Counted from the stretch's first letter, positions 38,663 to 52,800 are shown. The stretch: DNA of 64,000 nucleotides from Balanoglossus misakiensis (GCA_040954595.2 CM082588.2:6770202-6834201); one strand, 5' to 3'. Translations and numbers: made by a program. The notes: generated by a model not told the origin, from the sequence alone.

Positions 38663-40692
38663 CGTGTAGATCTTCACTGTTTAATTTTTCCCGCCTTGTA
38701 AAGCGTGTACGCAACACAGGCGCTAACCGAACACGGGAACTTCATTAAAAAACGAAGTTTAGCGTCTCTAGATGAAAAAGTCTGCCAACAAAGCAATTTC
38801 GCCCCCAGAAGTATACAGTAACAAACACAGCCTACGTCAGCGCAACACTTTTCTTTGCACGTGCTGCCTGTCATAATAAGCTCGCTCTGCGCTAGATGTT
38901 ATTACAAATGGTGAACGTATTGATCGCTTCCGACAATTTTTCATCAATCGTTATTTTCTTATCGTTTTGAGGCCTTCTATGCCGTGAATAGCCGTGGCCG
39001 GGACACGCCTTTCAAATTGAAATCATCGCTATTGAAAGCGAGAAACGCATAGAAGAAGGGGGAAACAGTGTCGAATAATGCGCATATGAAAGAGTCGTTT
39101 TAATTCGCCTGTTCAATACGCGGACGCGCAATCCAGATACGCTGGCAATTATCTTTCAATTTAAACACACCGATCGAAGTTAGCCAGGCCGGTATATGGC
39201 ACTAATTGGCTGCCAGAGTGTATACCTTACATAAGACATCCACTCCCCATTAAATTATACCTTTGCTTCACGGTGTACTTTACAGATCACGGCCGCTGCG
39301 CTCTGAAAATGCGTGAAAAATGAGAAAATCGCCTATTTTGCTAGTTTTGCGTGTCGTATAACAAGATTTTCTCGGCGGATTGGCTTTTGCCGTCCTCCTC
39401 AATTATGGTCTGTGAACGTTAGTCGCATTGATCACAAACCGATCGGGAGAATCGACGAAAATGGGGTCATCTTTTCGGAGAAGCATTTACACTAGAGGGA
39501 TTGTGTGACGCGACTTTGAATGTAAGCTGACATGAAACCGTGTCCCCGGCTGACCCTGTGGAAATCTAGTCTTTGCAAATGCTGGGGTGTATTCTCAGAC
39601 TAGATTGCGCGCTAAAATGTTCGCTGCAAATCGAATTTCTGCGATAGAAAATTCAATTTGCTGCCTGGGCCAACGCTAAAAGCTCTCAACGTATAAGCCG
39701 ATTCTTTGATCGCGCAACTTGAGACAACTGAACCTGGAACTGGAGTTTCGGCGTCCTTTCAAGTTGTCTATACCGAATGCTAAGGGACTGAAAGCACCCC
39801 TTTATTCGCAGCTATCGACAGACCCCAACTATATAGCATTTCATAGCAAACCATTACAACAATCCATTCAATACACCTTGAAAGAACCCAATCCCCGTCA
39901 CCAGTCATTCGATCGAAATATGGAAGAAAAATTGCTCGGGAGATCAAAAACAGAAGACGAGCTTGCCTTAGTGTTCGAAATGACAAGCAAAGATCACTTT
40001 GAAAGCTAAAATCGTGGAACAACACGTTCCAGCGTCGCCTCTGTTCGGATTAGCGTAGCAATTCTCTTGTGCACGTAATGTGTGTAATTCAGCACGCGTA
40101 CGGTACTGGAGAAAATTGTTGAGAGCGATAAGTAATATATTTCGATTAGACATACAATATCAAACCCACACTGAATCTCGGGGGAGAAAATTACAGCGTG
40201 TGAACACGTATAATGATGCTTCTGGCGTTAATGTTACACACGACTCGCCAAGACCTGGTTTGCTTACAAATTCTCTCTCTAATGACAATCTGGGCGGGTA
40301 GTGTCGTCTGTCTCAATATTACTCGTTGTTTTTTCACTTTATCTCTGTCATTACCTGTCGAGGGGTTGGTGACAATCATTTTTTGTGACTCAGAATTTGC
40401 TGTGTTTTAATTGTACTGTGTCTGTATGTCGTGAAATGGGTTAGTTAAGTGCACTGTCGACTGTAAACGGTAAGTCATCAGTATCACAATTCAAATATTA
40501 TCTAAAGGCGCCAATTTTTGTTGACCACGAGCAGAGATATGAACAGAATATCAACAAAATTGTCGTCAGCGCACGTGACGTGTCCTGTGTCCACAGTAGA
40601 GTGAAAGAACCCTCGTGAGTTTCGGATGAGACTTGATTATATGTGTCTCATTCCAACTTGAAGGGAAAATATTAGCGGAACTGCAGTATTAT

Positions 40693-41046
40693 TTAAAGGG
40701 ACGAAGTCTCTCTCTCTCATTGCCCTTTTCCATTAATTATTTTGATACAAGACACCTTTTATGTTATTCTACATGTGGATATATAGTAAATCAACTTTCG
40801 ACCATACACAACTTCCACCCCACTTGTAGACACGAGAGAGAAAAACTCGCCAAAATGAATAATCGGTCTCTACTATTCATTCATTTGGGCGAGTTTTTAG
40901 TCTCATATCCTACAAACGGGATGGAAGTTGTTTGTGGTTGAACATTCATTCACAACGTATCCACATGTAGAATAACATAAATAGTGTCTTGTATCAAACA
41001 TAATTAATAGAAAAAGGGCAATGAGAGGGAGACTTTGTCCCTTTAA
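40693..41046. mobile_element. MITE family A, full length
   Basis: TTAA TSD, both TIRs, palindromic interior. Confidence 0.88.
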
Positions 41047-41703
41047 AGATTCGCCATTTTCCTCTCATATCTCGTGTCTTTATCGTTCACAGTTGTTCGG
41101 TAAAACCCAGGTACATTATCAGCGAGGATAGACAAGTCTCCCAGGAGTCGCATCACGTACAGACGCTATTTCCGCGGAGTCTATGCGTGTAATTAGATGA
41201 CTTAATTTAGGCTCGATGTGATCAGGGAGAAAAAAAACGGCACTTGTCCGGAATCTCCCCTGTCGTCAGAATGTTTACTCCGCGGTGTAAATTTGCCTTT
41301 CCACCACTGAGGCGACGGGCATCTACGCTTTCATCAAAAAGTAAAGTAGCGCGCGCGTGAAAGGAAAAATGCCCTGTTGAATTTAATAACATTAATTTCT
41401 GATATCGCTTGGAATTGTTGCTGGCAAACTTTGTGTGACAGACAAACTGAAGTATCTCGGGGGGAAATACGGAGAACACAGCATGGGACTCCATATTGAA
41501 ATATCAACGTCTGCATTAGTCTTACGGCAGATGGCAAATGGAAGTCATAGGCACCCATAGAAATTGGATTAGCGACCAGAGCTGTCTCAAAATTCGATTG
41601 TGGATGTTGTCATGGAAACCAACAATCATGGGGAAAGTGCCCGACTCAAAATGTCTACATGTATTATGATCTGACTGTGCGTGTTTGTGTATATGTGCGA
41701 TGC

Positions 41704-41932
41704 ATGTATGTATGTACGTATGTATGTACGTATGTATGTATGTATGTATGTATGTATGTATGTATGTATGTATGTATGTATGTATGTATGTATGTATGTA
41801 TGTATGTATGTATGTATGTATGTATGTATGTATGTATGTATGTATGTATGTATGTATGTATGTATGTATGTATGTATGTATGTATGTATGTATGTATGTA
41901 TGTATGTATGTATGTATGTATGTATGTATGTG
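41704..41932. repeat. (TATG)n microsatellite, about 57 units
   Basis: Directly visible; only two TACG interruptions near the left end. Confidence 0.98.
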
Positions 41933-44900
41933 ACGCTTTGTAACTATATAGTTCGTCTACATCTACATGTAGTTTATGTTTGCCTCTGTTTTTGTCCAGC
42001 AAGGGCCGGAAACACTTTTATGAATCAATGCATTTACATGTGCATCGAATACAGTATAGATTACACTAGAAGGGCGCCTTGTTATGGTATTGTGTTCACT
42101 ATGATGCGTATGTCCTCTGCAGAAAAATCAATACTCGATGAAGCAATATAAATTACCTTCAATAAAAGTAAACGAAGTGATGGATCATGGAAGGCGGTGA
42201 AACTGGGAGTCCCTTTGTCCGTCTCGTTATTGCGATTCTGCGCAAATGCCTGCTAACAAGTGTTGCTTTCTATAGACATATTAGCACGAACAAGATGTCA
42301 ATAGAAATGGAGTCAGCCCTTGGTGATCCATCACGGTGTTGAAATAAGCTATATGCTGCGTTGAGAGTCTGATGTCTGCGCGTGCGTACGGTATTACTAA
42401 ATTCTGTGTCTATATTTCAACATTTTCTTTTAAATTCCCCACTTCTAGTCAGACGCAAAGTGAGCCATCTCGTACCTTAGGCCCAAACTACCTTTGACTG
42501 CACATTTTCAACACAATCTGTCAGCCTCAATTCTCCGTGTGTTTCTGCTTGACAGACACTCGACCAGAGAAAAGTGTGGTGACGGGAATCTAGAAGGGAC
42601 AAGATCCTTCCCACAATGCAGGTCCTTCTTCATCATTGAAATGATCGAAGTGTTAAAACAGTTTTTACGTCAACCGCGTGTATGTCCATCATTATCAATT
42701 TACTTTCTATACATTTACAAGTGTGCAAAGGTATTTTTTTAAACGACGAAGATAGTTTAATTAATTGATGTGTGAGTAATACGATGGAAATTTTGGTTGT
42801 GTGATAATTCCTTCGCATCCGAGATTCGTAAATACAAAACTCAAATATTCACTCAAGGCAATCGATGATGAAAAACACGATGTTTTGCGTTTAAGCTTGT
42901 TTCTGGGGAAAAATCAATGGATGGACTTCCGAAACAGCTAACATAACACGACAGAGCGACCTGCGAACAGAGAGATTTGGTCTTTCCAGAATCATACAAT
43001 TGAACGGGTTTCTGTTGGTATTCGAAAATGGCCGCCAATCACAAATATCGCACAAATTAAATTATTCTATCATCGTCTGCAATTGATACACAGGGATTGA
43101 AAAACGTTCTTAGCAAACAGTTTAAATGCACGCACTTAATTAGAGTGAAGATTTTTCTCATTTCTTCCCCCTTCAAAGCGATGAGTTCTGCTCAGTCGAC
43201 GTTCTGGTCGTGTGGTAAATAAATGTTTGCACACGACAGGCTGTGGAATCAGCCGCCATTAAGCATACACGCCATATTGAAATTTGACTTGGAGCATGGT
43301 TGGAGAAACTTTAGAAGCCAGCAGCGGCTACGTTTACAATAAGTCTTCAAATCGATATAATGATTCTGTTAAAATGGTTCCGCGATACCGATTTTAACGA
43401 TTATTTTAGGTGAAGCGGTCTTTGCAAAATTGATCAAGAAAGTCGCGTTTTTAAGAGAATTTTTCTATAATGTTATTATCATTATCATGGCTCGAAAGTG
43501 ATAGTAATCTGAAGAGAATGTTAACATGCAATTTAACTTTCCTCTGACTCCTCATATATAAGTACATGTACTCAGTTTATTTATTTGTTTGTTTCTATAG
43601 AAATAGATGCATGAGTCTCTGGACGAGACAGACAGACAGTGGCTCAAAGGGCAATATCACAGGGAACTTAAACTAATACAGAGCACATACCCTGATTGCG
43701 GATACGAAGAAAGTTCTTATATATTGAACCGTGGAGTACCCCTCGCCCTTTCACTTATCGTGAAGAGTTACACACACGCCCTTTCCCCATCACGTGACCC
43801 CATCTGACCGATAAAAACGCGTAGCATGACCCCGTATCACACTTAATGTTTTGGACCAATGAGGTATACAATTATTATATTATGCATGCTCGATTTTCAT
43901 CAATTCCGTTTATTTTATTTGTTGTAAGTCGTTTATCCACAATAAAATTTCTTGCTGAATAATCATCCACAATTCAATTGAAACGGAAATCCCCGCAATG
44001 AAAATAGAGAGAATGTCACTGAGGAAGCAGGAGTCTGATTTTGGGAAATTTCACTCGAAGTACTTACTATAACAATCGCATTTTCTCTCTCTTATATTTC
44101 CACTGCATTGTCATTTACGCATGTGCAGTGGTCCATTACGCATGTGCATTGGTCTATTTTGCGCAGTTCCTACTTACGTGCTTGACTCAGGAAGATTCTT
44201 GGCCGCCAGGAGAAAAGAAAACGCACAATCCAATCTGTAGTACAAACTCCCCCGAAGCGGTGCAGTCTGTTGCCAGGTTTTGTGATTTTAGCGTCTCAGC
44301 TGAGTCGCGGGACCGGGGCAAACTATGCCGTTTCTTTTGAGAGTGGATTTGCGGGGCGAATGAAAAGGCCGAGACTTTGACAGCTCTTGTAGAGAGCGGT
44401 GATGCCTGCAAGTGTCGTGTTAACCCGAATATCTGACCAGGTCGTTTACCGCCCAGTTGGAATGGTGGTGGCAGAAGTGGGACGTTCGCTCGCCGTTTTC
44501 ACTTTTCCCCCCTTTTTCGGCTTCGGAACCATTTTGCGGGTTTATCCGAACTCACTGGCGAAGCGACGACATTATCTGCCGTGAACCAGGATAGACACAA
44601 ACCCCCTAACTTTACATGTTACACAGTTTAAGTAAATACTACAGAGGGCATTTATTTTCATTGAAGCAGCTATTTGGTCATTTGATCGAATGCATTTGGC
44701 GAAGAAAGGAGGAATTTGTCGCAGTAGGCTGTTAGAACAATATCGTGTAATGATTCGTAGCCATGCGAAACAACTAGCCCTTTGTCCACACGCAGACATC
44801 GACACTGAAGGCTACTCCAAAAGGCCCTCTAAGTTACCGTGCATATGCGACTCCGCTGTAAGTTTTAATGCGATAGTCGAACAAAAACACCTCATTCGCG

Positions 44901-47735
44901 CTGCACTGAGATTTTTTCGACAGTTGTTTCGGGTTAGATGGGTTATCGAGTTTTATGACTGTTCGTGGTGTGAAAAAAACGCCAATTTTGGTAAAGGTAG
45001 AAATTCTAGTCTGTTTAAGATACATTGTCTGACAACCCAATATATTTTATAGCCATCTCTCAAAGAAGCGTGGGTTAAAGACAAAAACGTATGTATCTGA
45101 AACGCGCATAGTAAAATGATGGGTTATTTTCAAAGGCGAAAAGGCCACAAGCAAAGCAAACTGAGGAAGAGAAAAAAACACCCCTTTAAAACTATCACTT
45201 GGTTCGTTCAAGTTCACATACGTCCACCAGATGACCTTACAAACAAACAGACGGTCACAGCGTGAGCGCATCGGCCCAGACGTCAACAATGTGTTTTAAA
45301 TATAATTATTGTCAGACTGTTGTTCTTTCTGGGAGTAATTAAACCGTTGGATGTAATCCATCTACGCGTTCTGGTCAGGACAGCGCGCCAGAAAAATGCG
45401 TCCTCCACGGACGGTTGTAATTAAACGTCAATTTAAAAAAAGCTCGTTTTTCTAATTCATTGAAGTCTGTTGATGAAAATCGATTGATAAATGCGATGTC
45501 GTTATTAAAATCATTGTGTAATTCAATCCATAAGCATCACATTTTACGTCATTTTATCGTGTGCTTTTGTTGCGCTCATAAATCAGCGCGTTTTTTTGTT
45601 TGAAAAAAAAATCGACGCCCTCCGCACGCACACGAATTGACTAGAACGGGTGTTTTATTTTTCATTGCCGACGAAGTTAAAGGGTTTAGGCAATTTGCAT
45701 AATTTGCTGGGTGGGTGACGTCATAGCCAGGCGGTTTTTCGAACGTACCCCACTGGAGCGTTAATACGAGGGGCTGGCTGTAACCCTGTGTAAGCTAATT
45801 GCTTGTCTGTCCCCACAACAAAGAGGAAGCTATCGTTTCTGCACTTATCAAGCGCGCCAGTGACACTAACGCACGTTATGACTTCATTCCAGTCCTTTCT
45901 TCGCGCATAAATACAGCGGACGCATGGGCACTGAGAGTGGATGGTGGCAAGTTTTTTCCCCCTCCTCGATCGATGGTGCCCCCCCCCCCCTCTTTGTAGA
46001 AGTAAAGTGGGTTCATTGGCGTGCACACACCGGGCGCCCTGGCTCCTTTTCTTCGCCGTATAATGAATCCCGAATTCTGTTTGTGTAATGATGCGGCAGT
46101 CGAAGCCCTTTTACGTGCTGCGGAAAGAAAAGCAGCGCTCTGTCAGCGGCTTAGGTGGCCCTCAGCTGGGAGGGGGGGGGGATCAGAGCGCAAGCAGGAT
46201 CCGTCTAAAATGTCTCGTTAAAACACTCAACCACTGAGAAACCAAGGCACCACGCTGACAAGCGTGTTTAGATTTGGCGGATAGCTATCTTATTTATGGT
46301 AGGGCAGTCCAAAGGTAAAGGCTCGGGCCGTGTACATATGCTGTACAGCGCCGTTCATTCGCTTTGAAGCCCTTTTCAACACTGAAAGCGCTAATTATTT
46401 TAAGCTTAGTTGGAGCATAATACAAATTTATTCTATTCTTCCGTATTCAATACTTATTCTTTCGTTAAAAGCACTGGTATTGAGCGAAGAGAAAAGCCCG
46501 TCGTTTTTGTGTCCGACACTCGCTATTTATCTAGGCTAGGTAGCATAGCTCATACGCTAAGTTATATTTAACAAGAAAACGAAGCCCCCACAAAAGCCCA
46601 CTGCGGGAATCGGAATTTTCTTGTGTCGGCCTGAATGGACATATACACGGTGACAGTATTGGGGAAATATCAAAGACACCTTTTGTGGGGGGAGATATTT
46701 TGCTTTGCCGGTCTTGTAACGGGGACAGAGAGCCGTCTTCAAAAGTGTGTAACTGTTACGATGACTAGCGTGTATAATACTGATGACCCTTTCATAGAAA
46801 ACACTCAGACACCAGCGCTTCGGCTAGTCACGTCCTATCTTAATCACACCACCACAAAAACAGGCACGATTAAAAAACACCGATTAAAAAAATGAGGAAT
46901 TCGACAACAAATGTCATTTTCGGCAGAAAAATAGTAAACATTGCTGTTTAATATACATTAATACAATTAATAATACTTTACAATTTCGAAATGGTTACTT
47001 TCGAAGCGACGTATGTCTTCCTCTGAAGTTTCTTTTTAAAGTTTTGTACAAAACAATATATTCTCTGGGTCTCGTCTATCTATAATTTAAAATTCGTGTC
47101 TAGATGCGGGGGGACATCAGTCCCACGTCACACCCCCTCTTTACATCGAAAAATGGTATGGTCCTCGTGAGTCTGTGTCATATTGTAAGTCATGAATGGG
47201 TAAGCTGATGTTACAAGTTGTTTGCGCCTTCAAAGAAGTTTGTCCGCCAAGCTGGAATGTTGAGCTAAAATTTGAGGGGGATCTTTAAAAGAGGGGGACG
47301 CCTGCGCTCGGACGCTTGGTTTCTGAGGTACTGTGTCCCTCCTGGTGGTGGTCGGGACTGTCTGTCAGTTATAGAGTCGAACGTGTGAATGGGCGCCTAC
47401 TTGCTAAGTGGAAATTGACGAGGCGAGAATGTGTTTTATGGGGTGGTGGTTTGGTCTGGTTGCGGCGGCGGCCGGACAAAACACGCTCTTATGTCCGCGA
47501 TGAGGTGCTATCAATGCATTGCTGAATACATTTGCACAACATCACCTAAAACCCCTCAGCAAACAAACAAGACCAGCTTGGCGTATTTTGCGTGCAAAAG
47601 CCCTCCCTGTGTGTAGCACAAACTCCCAAACCAGGCTTTCAGCCTTCTCTCTCAGTCCGGCTAGCTCGTGTCTGCATCCATACCTCAGCTCTCTGAGTTT
47701 TCAACTCATACTGACTGCTTTAATAATAAAAAAAA

Positions 47736-49361
47736 TCACACAGCGGTTTCGTTCCCCCTGTGAATACCGTTCGCTCTGATCTCGTTCTTCGACTTGGCGT
47801 GCGGCAGAAGTCTCTGTGAAAATTTCCGCCAGGAACTGATGGTCTTCGTCGACCATATCCACATGCCGCTGGTGATCCCTATCACTAAAAGCATGAAAAT
47901 TTTCACCATGAACACCTCAATGTTCGGCCTGACCTCGTCGTGCAGCCACGCGTTCCTGTTGGAGTGTTCGTAGAAAAAGCACGCGATGACGATGGTGGCC
48001 GGCACCGTGTACAGCACGGAGAACACCCCGATCTTGACCATGAGTCTCTCAAGCTTGTCGGTCTTGTTGCCGTCCTTTTGCATAATGTTTCTGATCTTGA
48101 ACAGCGACACAAATCCGGCGAAGAGGAACAGGGTGCCGATGACCAGATAGGTGAACAGCGGCGCCAACACAAAGCCCGTCAGGGCGTCCAAGTTCTGGTT
48201 GCCCACGAAACACATGCCCGTCAGCTCGTCGGCGTCCACGACCCGCATGACCAGGATCACGATGGTCTTGACAGCGGGGATGGCCCAGGCGGCCAGGTGG
48301 AAATAACTGCTGTGCATCTCGATCGCCTCGTGTCCCCACTTCAGTCCGGCCGCCAAGAACCACGTAAAGGCCAATATGACCCACCAAATCGAACTGGCCA
48401 TCCCGAAGAAATAGAGAAGTAAAAACACTATGGCACAACCTGTGTTCTCCAGTCCTTCCAGGATCAGAAACTTGTTCACGCCGTCATCGTCGCAAGCGAT
48501 AACTTCTCTCCCCGCTATGAGGCGAACGATGTACGCAATACTGTATATGTTGTAGCACATCGACAGAAATATTATCGGTCGCTCGGGGTACTTGAAGCGA
48601 GCCGAGTCGATGAGAAAAGTGAGTACAGTTATGGCTGTGGAGACGAAACACAGGCCTGCCCACACCGCCATCCAGATCTCCGCGAACTGTTTCTCGTGCT
48701 GGGTGTACACGTGATCTTTGTGGCAGATCAAGGCGCATTTCTCCGAGCGCTTCACGTAGTAGTAGCTCTCCGGCCGGCCCATGTCCCGGCAACTCTCGCC
48801 GGGGTTCGACTCGCCGTCGCTGGTGTCGTAGTCCAGCGGGTTCGGCGTCCTGGGACCGACCCCCGGCGCGTGTCCCGTCGGTCCCACGCCGGGCCCCTCC
48901 ATGCACATGTTATCCTGGTCGTTCCTCGCCGGGAACTTGGTGCAGTTGAGCGCCGCCGGCCAGGGGAAGCCGAACTCGTTGAGCACCGGCTCGCACTGGG
49001 ATTTCACCAGTTCACACATAGGTCTGCAGGCCCCGATGGGAGTCAGCACTTTCTCGTCGCACATTGGAACGTACACCGAACAAAGAAAGAAGTGCAACTG
49101 CTGCGAACAGCCATATTGTATGAGAGGAGTGAACGTCTGGAGTTGCAGCTCGGCATCCTGCTGGAGCTCGTGTCCCACCAGGTTCGGCATCTGCGTCACG
49201 TTGTACCCGAGCCCCTTGCACATGGAGATCCGGATGGGCTCGCAGTGCGGCTGGTTGTGCAGCTCAATGTCCAGGTTCTGCGAGTAGGCGTTGAGCGGCC
49301 GGTCCAGCAGCAGCACCGCCGACCACGTTACAAACACGACGTACACCGAGTTGACCCTCAT
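47736..49361 (-). CDS. FZD4: Frizzled-4 Wnt receptor, single-exon CDS, 541 aa
   Basis: Signal peptide; 10-Cys CRD ([47 protein letters not shown]4-type); 7 TM segments; short Cys-free ECL3; KTxxxW (KTISSW); PDZ-binding ETAV C-terminus. Confidence 0.97.
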   Translation of the reverse strand: MRVNSVYVVFVTWSAVLLLDRPLNAYSQNLDIELHNQPHCEPIRISMCKGLGYNVTQMPNLVGHELQQDAELQLQTFTPLIQYGCSQQLHFFLCSVYVPMCDEKVLTPIGACRPMCELVKSQCEPVLNEFGFPWPAALNCTKFPARNDQDNMCMEGPGVGPTGHAPGVGPRTPNPLDYDTSDGESNPGESCRDMGRPESYYYVKRSEKCALICHKDHVYTQHEKQFAEIWMAVWAGLCFVSTAITVLTFLIDSARFKYPERPIIFLSMCYNIYSIAYIVRLIAGREVIACDDDGVNKFLILEGLENTGCAIVFLLLYFFGMASSIWWVILAFTWFLAAGLKWGHEAIEMHSSYFHLAAWAIPAVKTIVILVMRVVDADELTGMCFVGNQNLDALTGFVLAPLFTYLVIGTLFLFAGFVSLFKIRNIMQKDGNKTDKLERLMVKIGVFSVLYTVPATIVIACFFYEHSNRNAWLHDEVRPNIEVFMVKIFMLLVIGITSGMWIWSTKTISSWRKFSQRLLPHAKSKNEIRANGIHRGNETAV

Positions 49362-49639
49362 GTTTGGGGAAGAGTTCGAGCGAGCGATCGCCAGTCAGTT
49401 GCTGAGTGAGCCGCGGCCGCTGACTGAGAGCGTGCAGCGTTGACCCCCGTCGTAGTAAATTAGGGTCTCGTACTCAACGTCTCACCTGTCGAACAAATAA
49501 AGCACACAGTTAGTCGCTGCTGCCATAATACGGTCTCCTAAAGTCCGCCTGTCTTTTGGGTATTCCGTGGCCGCTGAAACCTAGCCCCGAGCCGTCAGTA
49601 TCAGCCAGCCCCTGAGTGCAGAGTTGCTTTCGATCACTT

Positions 49640-49850
49640 GCGAGCCGTCTGAGTGTTGTGAGCTTTACAAAATGGACCCCCTCTATGTAATCAACACACT
49701 ATTTGGTTTCACGTCACTCGACGGCGAACCATTGGCGTGTTGTGCACCGGACGCCCCTCCCACCAACGCTAAGCCCCGCGCCGTGACAAGCAGCCGCCCG
49801 CTCCCATTGGCTGGCGCGACCCCTGAAAAGCCCTGCATCAATTAAATTAA
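49640..49850 (-). promoter_or_regulatory. candidate FZD4 proximal promoter
   Basis: CpG-rich; two CCAAT boxes on the minus strand (about 49730 and 49806), a CACGTCA element and GC-rich motifs 300-480 nt upstream of the ATG. Confidence 0.45.
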
Positions 49851-52800
49851 ACTTGAGCCCCTCTTTTAATCCATTCTTCGCGATCAATACGATTATTTTT
49901 TCTACAAGTCTGACGCTCGTGTATACAAACTGTCTGAATGGAAGTTCAGGCCACAGTGGCTGGGTAGCTATTAGCGCCTACTTGCCAGAAAGAAGGGGGG
50001 ACACTTCTGTATCGCCACGAAGCTGTCCAACACGCGTACTAAACATCAAGGGCTCGCTTGTCTGGGTTTTTACACCAGCCATCATATTTTAACGTCAACA
50101 AACCATTGACAAGGCGCACATAATTTTCACACCTTATTCGGGCCGCGTTCAACTAAACTCAGCGGGTCGCCACCAGTTAGACAGTCGTAAATTAGCGCCT
50201 CGAGTTGCGCGGCCGGCCAATAAAACCATGTTGTTACAGTGTTGTTGATGGAGTAGCCGCGATGATGAGTGAACTCAACGACTGGGAATCTGGGGATGGG
50301 TTATCGCGTTTCAACTTATGATAGGAAGTAATTCATTTCCTGACGCTTCGCAGTCCTTTCCCCCTTTGAAATTGCAACTGCATAAATTTATCTGCCTCGT
50401 TCCTCACTGCGGAATTCAACGTTGCCGGTCGCGATTTTTTAGGCGATTGGTGGCGCGGCGCGCACACTTGGCTGTCAACGAACTATTCCAGCAATGCCCA
50501 AGATTTGCTTCTTGTCAGGGGTAACACAACACTGATTCATGTAACACTCCGAGAGTTCTATCTCAGTCCACTCCCACATCTTGTTAAAATAAGACAGGCC
50601 CCCGCGTGACATTACCGCTGCCATGTTGATAAATACGGTGCACCCATGGGTCTTCGCCTTGTACAATGCGAGCATCGCTGTCGGACTCCCACCGGGACGA
50701 CACGGCGACTGAAACTAATTGCTCCCGATTGAAATCCACCTAAAACCACGTATTTTGCATGTGATGGTGGTGGTGGGAGGGGGGGGGGCAAACAACAATA
50801 AAAACACCCTGAGTAACGAATATGATATACCCTAACTCTTATCCCGGACAATTTGGATTATTGGCCGGGGAAGTGGTTTACTTTTCCGCGTCGCGCATTT
50901 GTAAAATCTCATGGCCGTCTGCTAGATACTTATGTCTGCCTGGCTGAGGTGAAACCATTATCTGATTTAGATAAGTTATCAAAGCATCTATGATGGAACC
51001 ACGGCGAGATATACGGTAGAATAAACGTGACAAAAATAACTGTATTCCTACTTATCGATAAAAAGTCTCCCGTCTATAATCAGTTTAGCGTAGCAACCGT
51101 TATGGTTTTTATCATTTCTTTGGTGGGAAAGTGAAGTTTGAAAACTGTACAGATAAAGTTGTCAGTCGTGGCAGCCAGTCCGTTTGTTGGCTGGCTTGAC
51201 CGACTTTGCTAAGTGCGGTGATTAATGGAGAAGTCAGGCTATCGACCCGAGCAATAGAGGTATGTTTTTGGTCAACTTTCTTACCCCCGTATAAACAGCG
51301 AATGACAAATTGAGGGGACGCGTCGAGCCGCTCGGGGCACACAATTGTATGGGGGAGGCTTTTAACGTAAACTGAACTGCGTGGACCTGGCACCGGATCG
51401 TGTTATAGCCGCTCATGTTACCCCGGCCTGCCACTCACGGACACGCTGTCAACTCCCCAATACACAGGGACGGCTATGCGAATCACAACAATACACTATA
51501 CACCACACACATGCATATCATCAAACCACAACCCTGCAGATACTGAATGCAAGAAGTTGCCAATACACTTGAAGTCTCATGTTATCGAGGTCCCCCCTCG
51601 CCTGTCTCAGAGTGTTTTTCTCGCTACCCCCACAATCTGTCGCAGCGAGCGCAAACAAAAAACTTCCCCAAATAGGCTTTTAACCCAGACAGCGCTTTAC
51701 GTATGGGTGACCGACTTAGAGAAGCGCGATTCTCTGCCCATACAACCAAGTGTAATGAAACGTGAACTTTTAATATATCGCCCTGAATGCCAAGCTGCGC
51801 TCCATCTCCACTCTAAGCAACCCAACTTTCCGAAAACTTAAGATGGAATTTCAAAGCCGGGCACTCTTCATTCGGACCGTCTTGCCGGTTCTTAGGGGCC
51901 ATTCAATTAATTACAACTTGATAAGGTAGGCGGTTGGGCCACGCTATCGAATGTCGCCCTGCTCAATTCGCCCAAGTCTCCAATAACACTAACAGTCCCA
52001 ACGTCTTACAAAATCAGACCGGGCTCCCCTTTGTCCATCGCTTCTGACACTCTTGTTTCAGCCGAACACAACAGAATTCCGTCTGTATACGCGGGTCCCA
52101 CTATTTGCACAGTCCGCGGCCACTAAAGCCGGCCCCCCAATGTCTTGTTCCCAAACACACCGATCAATATTCTTTTCTCCCCGCATCTAAACTAAGCCAG
52201 TTTCTCGGTCACGTACCCGAAGCTGAGTTTATTTGCAGAGGAGCGCTAAGTAGCGAATGGAGAGATTTCGGCGCTGATCGCCGCCATTGTTTTGGGCCAT
52301 CCCCAAACAGAAATGGTAAACAGCCACAAGATTGGTGGTCTAGTATCTCCGAATGATTGGCGTACTCCAAATAATATGAAGTAAATACAACCTCTCTCTC
52401 TCTCTTTTTTGTAAACCAAGCCACGTCACAGAGGTCAAACAAGCAACCGCGGTCTGTGCTTAAAACCCACACCGAATCACGCGACTTTCATGCTAATTAA
52501 AAACCAATGCGAGAGAAAAAAGATTAGACAAACGCAGATAGCAAATCGCTCAAACAATCGTAAACAGCTGATAAAAGACGTTAAAAACAGAAATTCTTCC
52601 GCGGAGTTGTATGACACTGGTTGGCGCGTAACGTATAACGTGACATTTATAGGGTGTTTATATCCACGTGAAATGTCTAATTAAACGGAAATACACGACG
52701 TACATGGTAATAAAAATAATCATCTTATAATTCCCATGGAGAGTGTTACAGTGATATCAAATTAGGCACTACAAATACTAACTTTAATGCGTAGACGTGG

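Noticed and set aside
18344-40941. Similar short ORFs containing KLAKMNN..LPFIHFG (18344, 26232, 40633)
   Set aside because: Chance frames within MITE family A copies, with inconsistent starts and stops and no transposase motifs
7561-41046. Recurring repeats as a CRISPR array or other prokaryotic system
   Set aside because: Dispersed TIR elements in a spliceosomal-intron genome; no regular repeat-spacer periodicity and no cas genes
41659-42151. ORFs with CMYV / YIHT repeats
   Set aside because: Translations of the (TATG)n microsatellite
44690-45052. 120-aa plus-strand ORF downstream of FZD4
   Set aside because: No identifiable domain or splice context; length is within chance expectation
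47903-49409. Long overlapping and antisense ORFs (237, 160, 140, 129, 128 aa) over FZD4
   Set aside because: Expected by-product of the GC-rich third codon positions of FZD4; no recognisable domains
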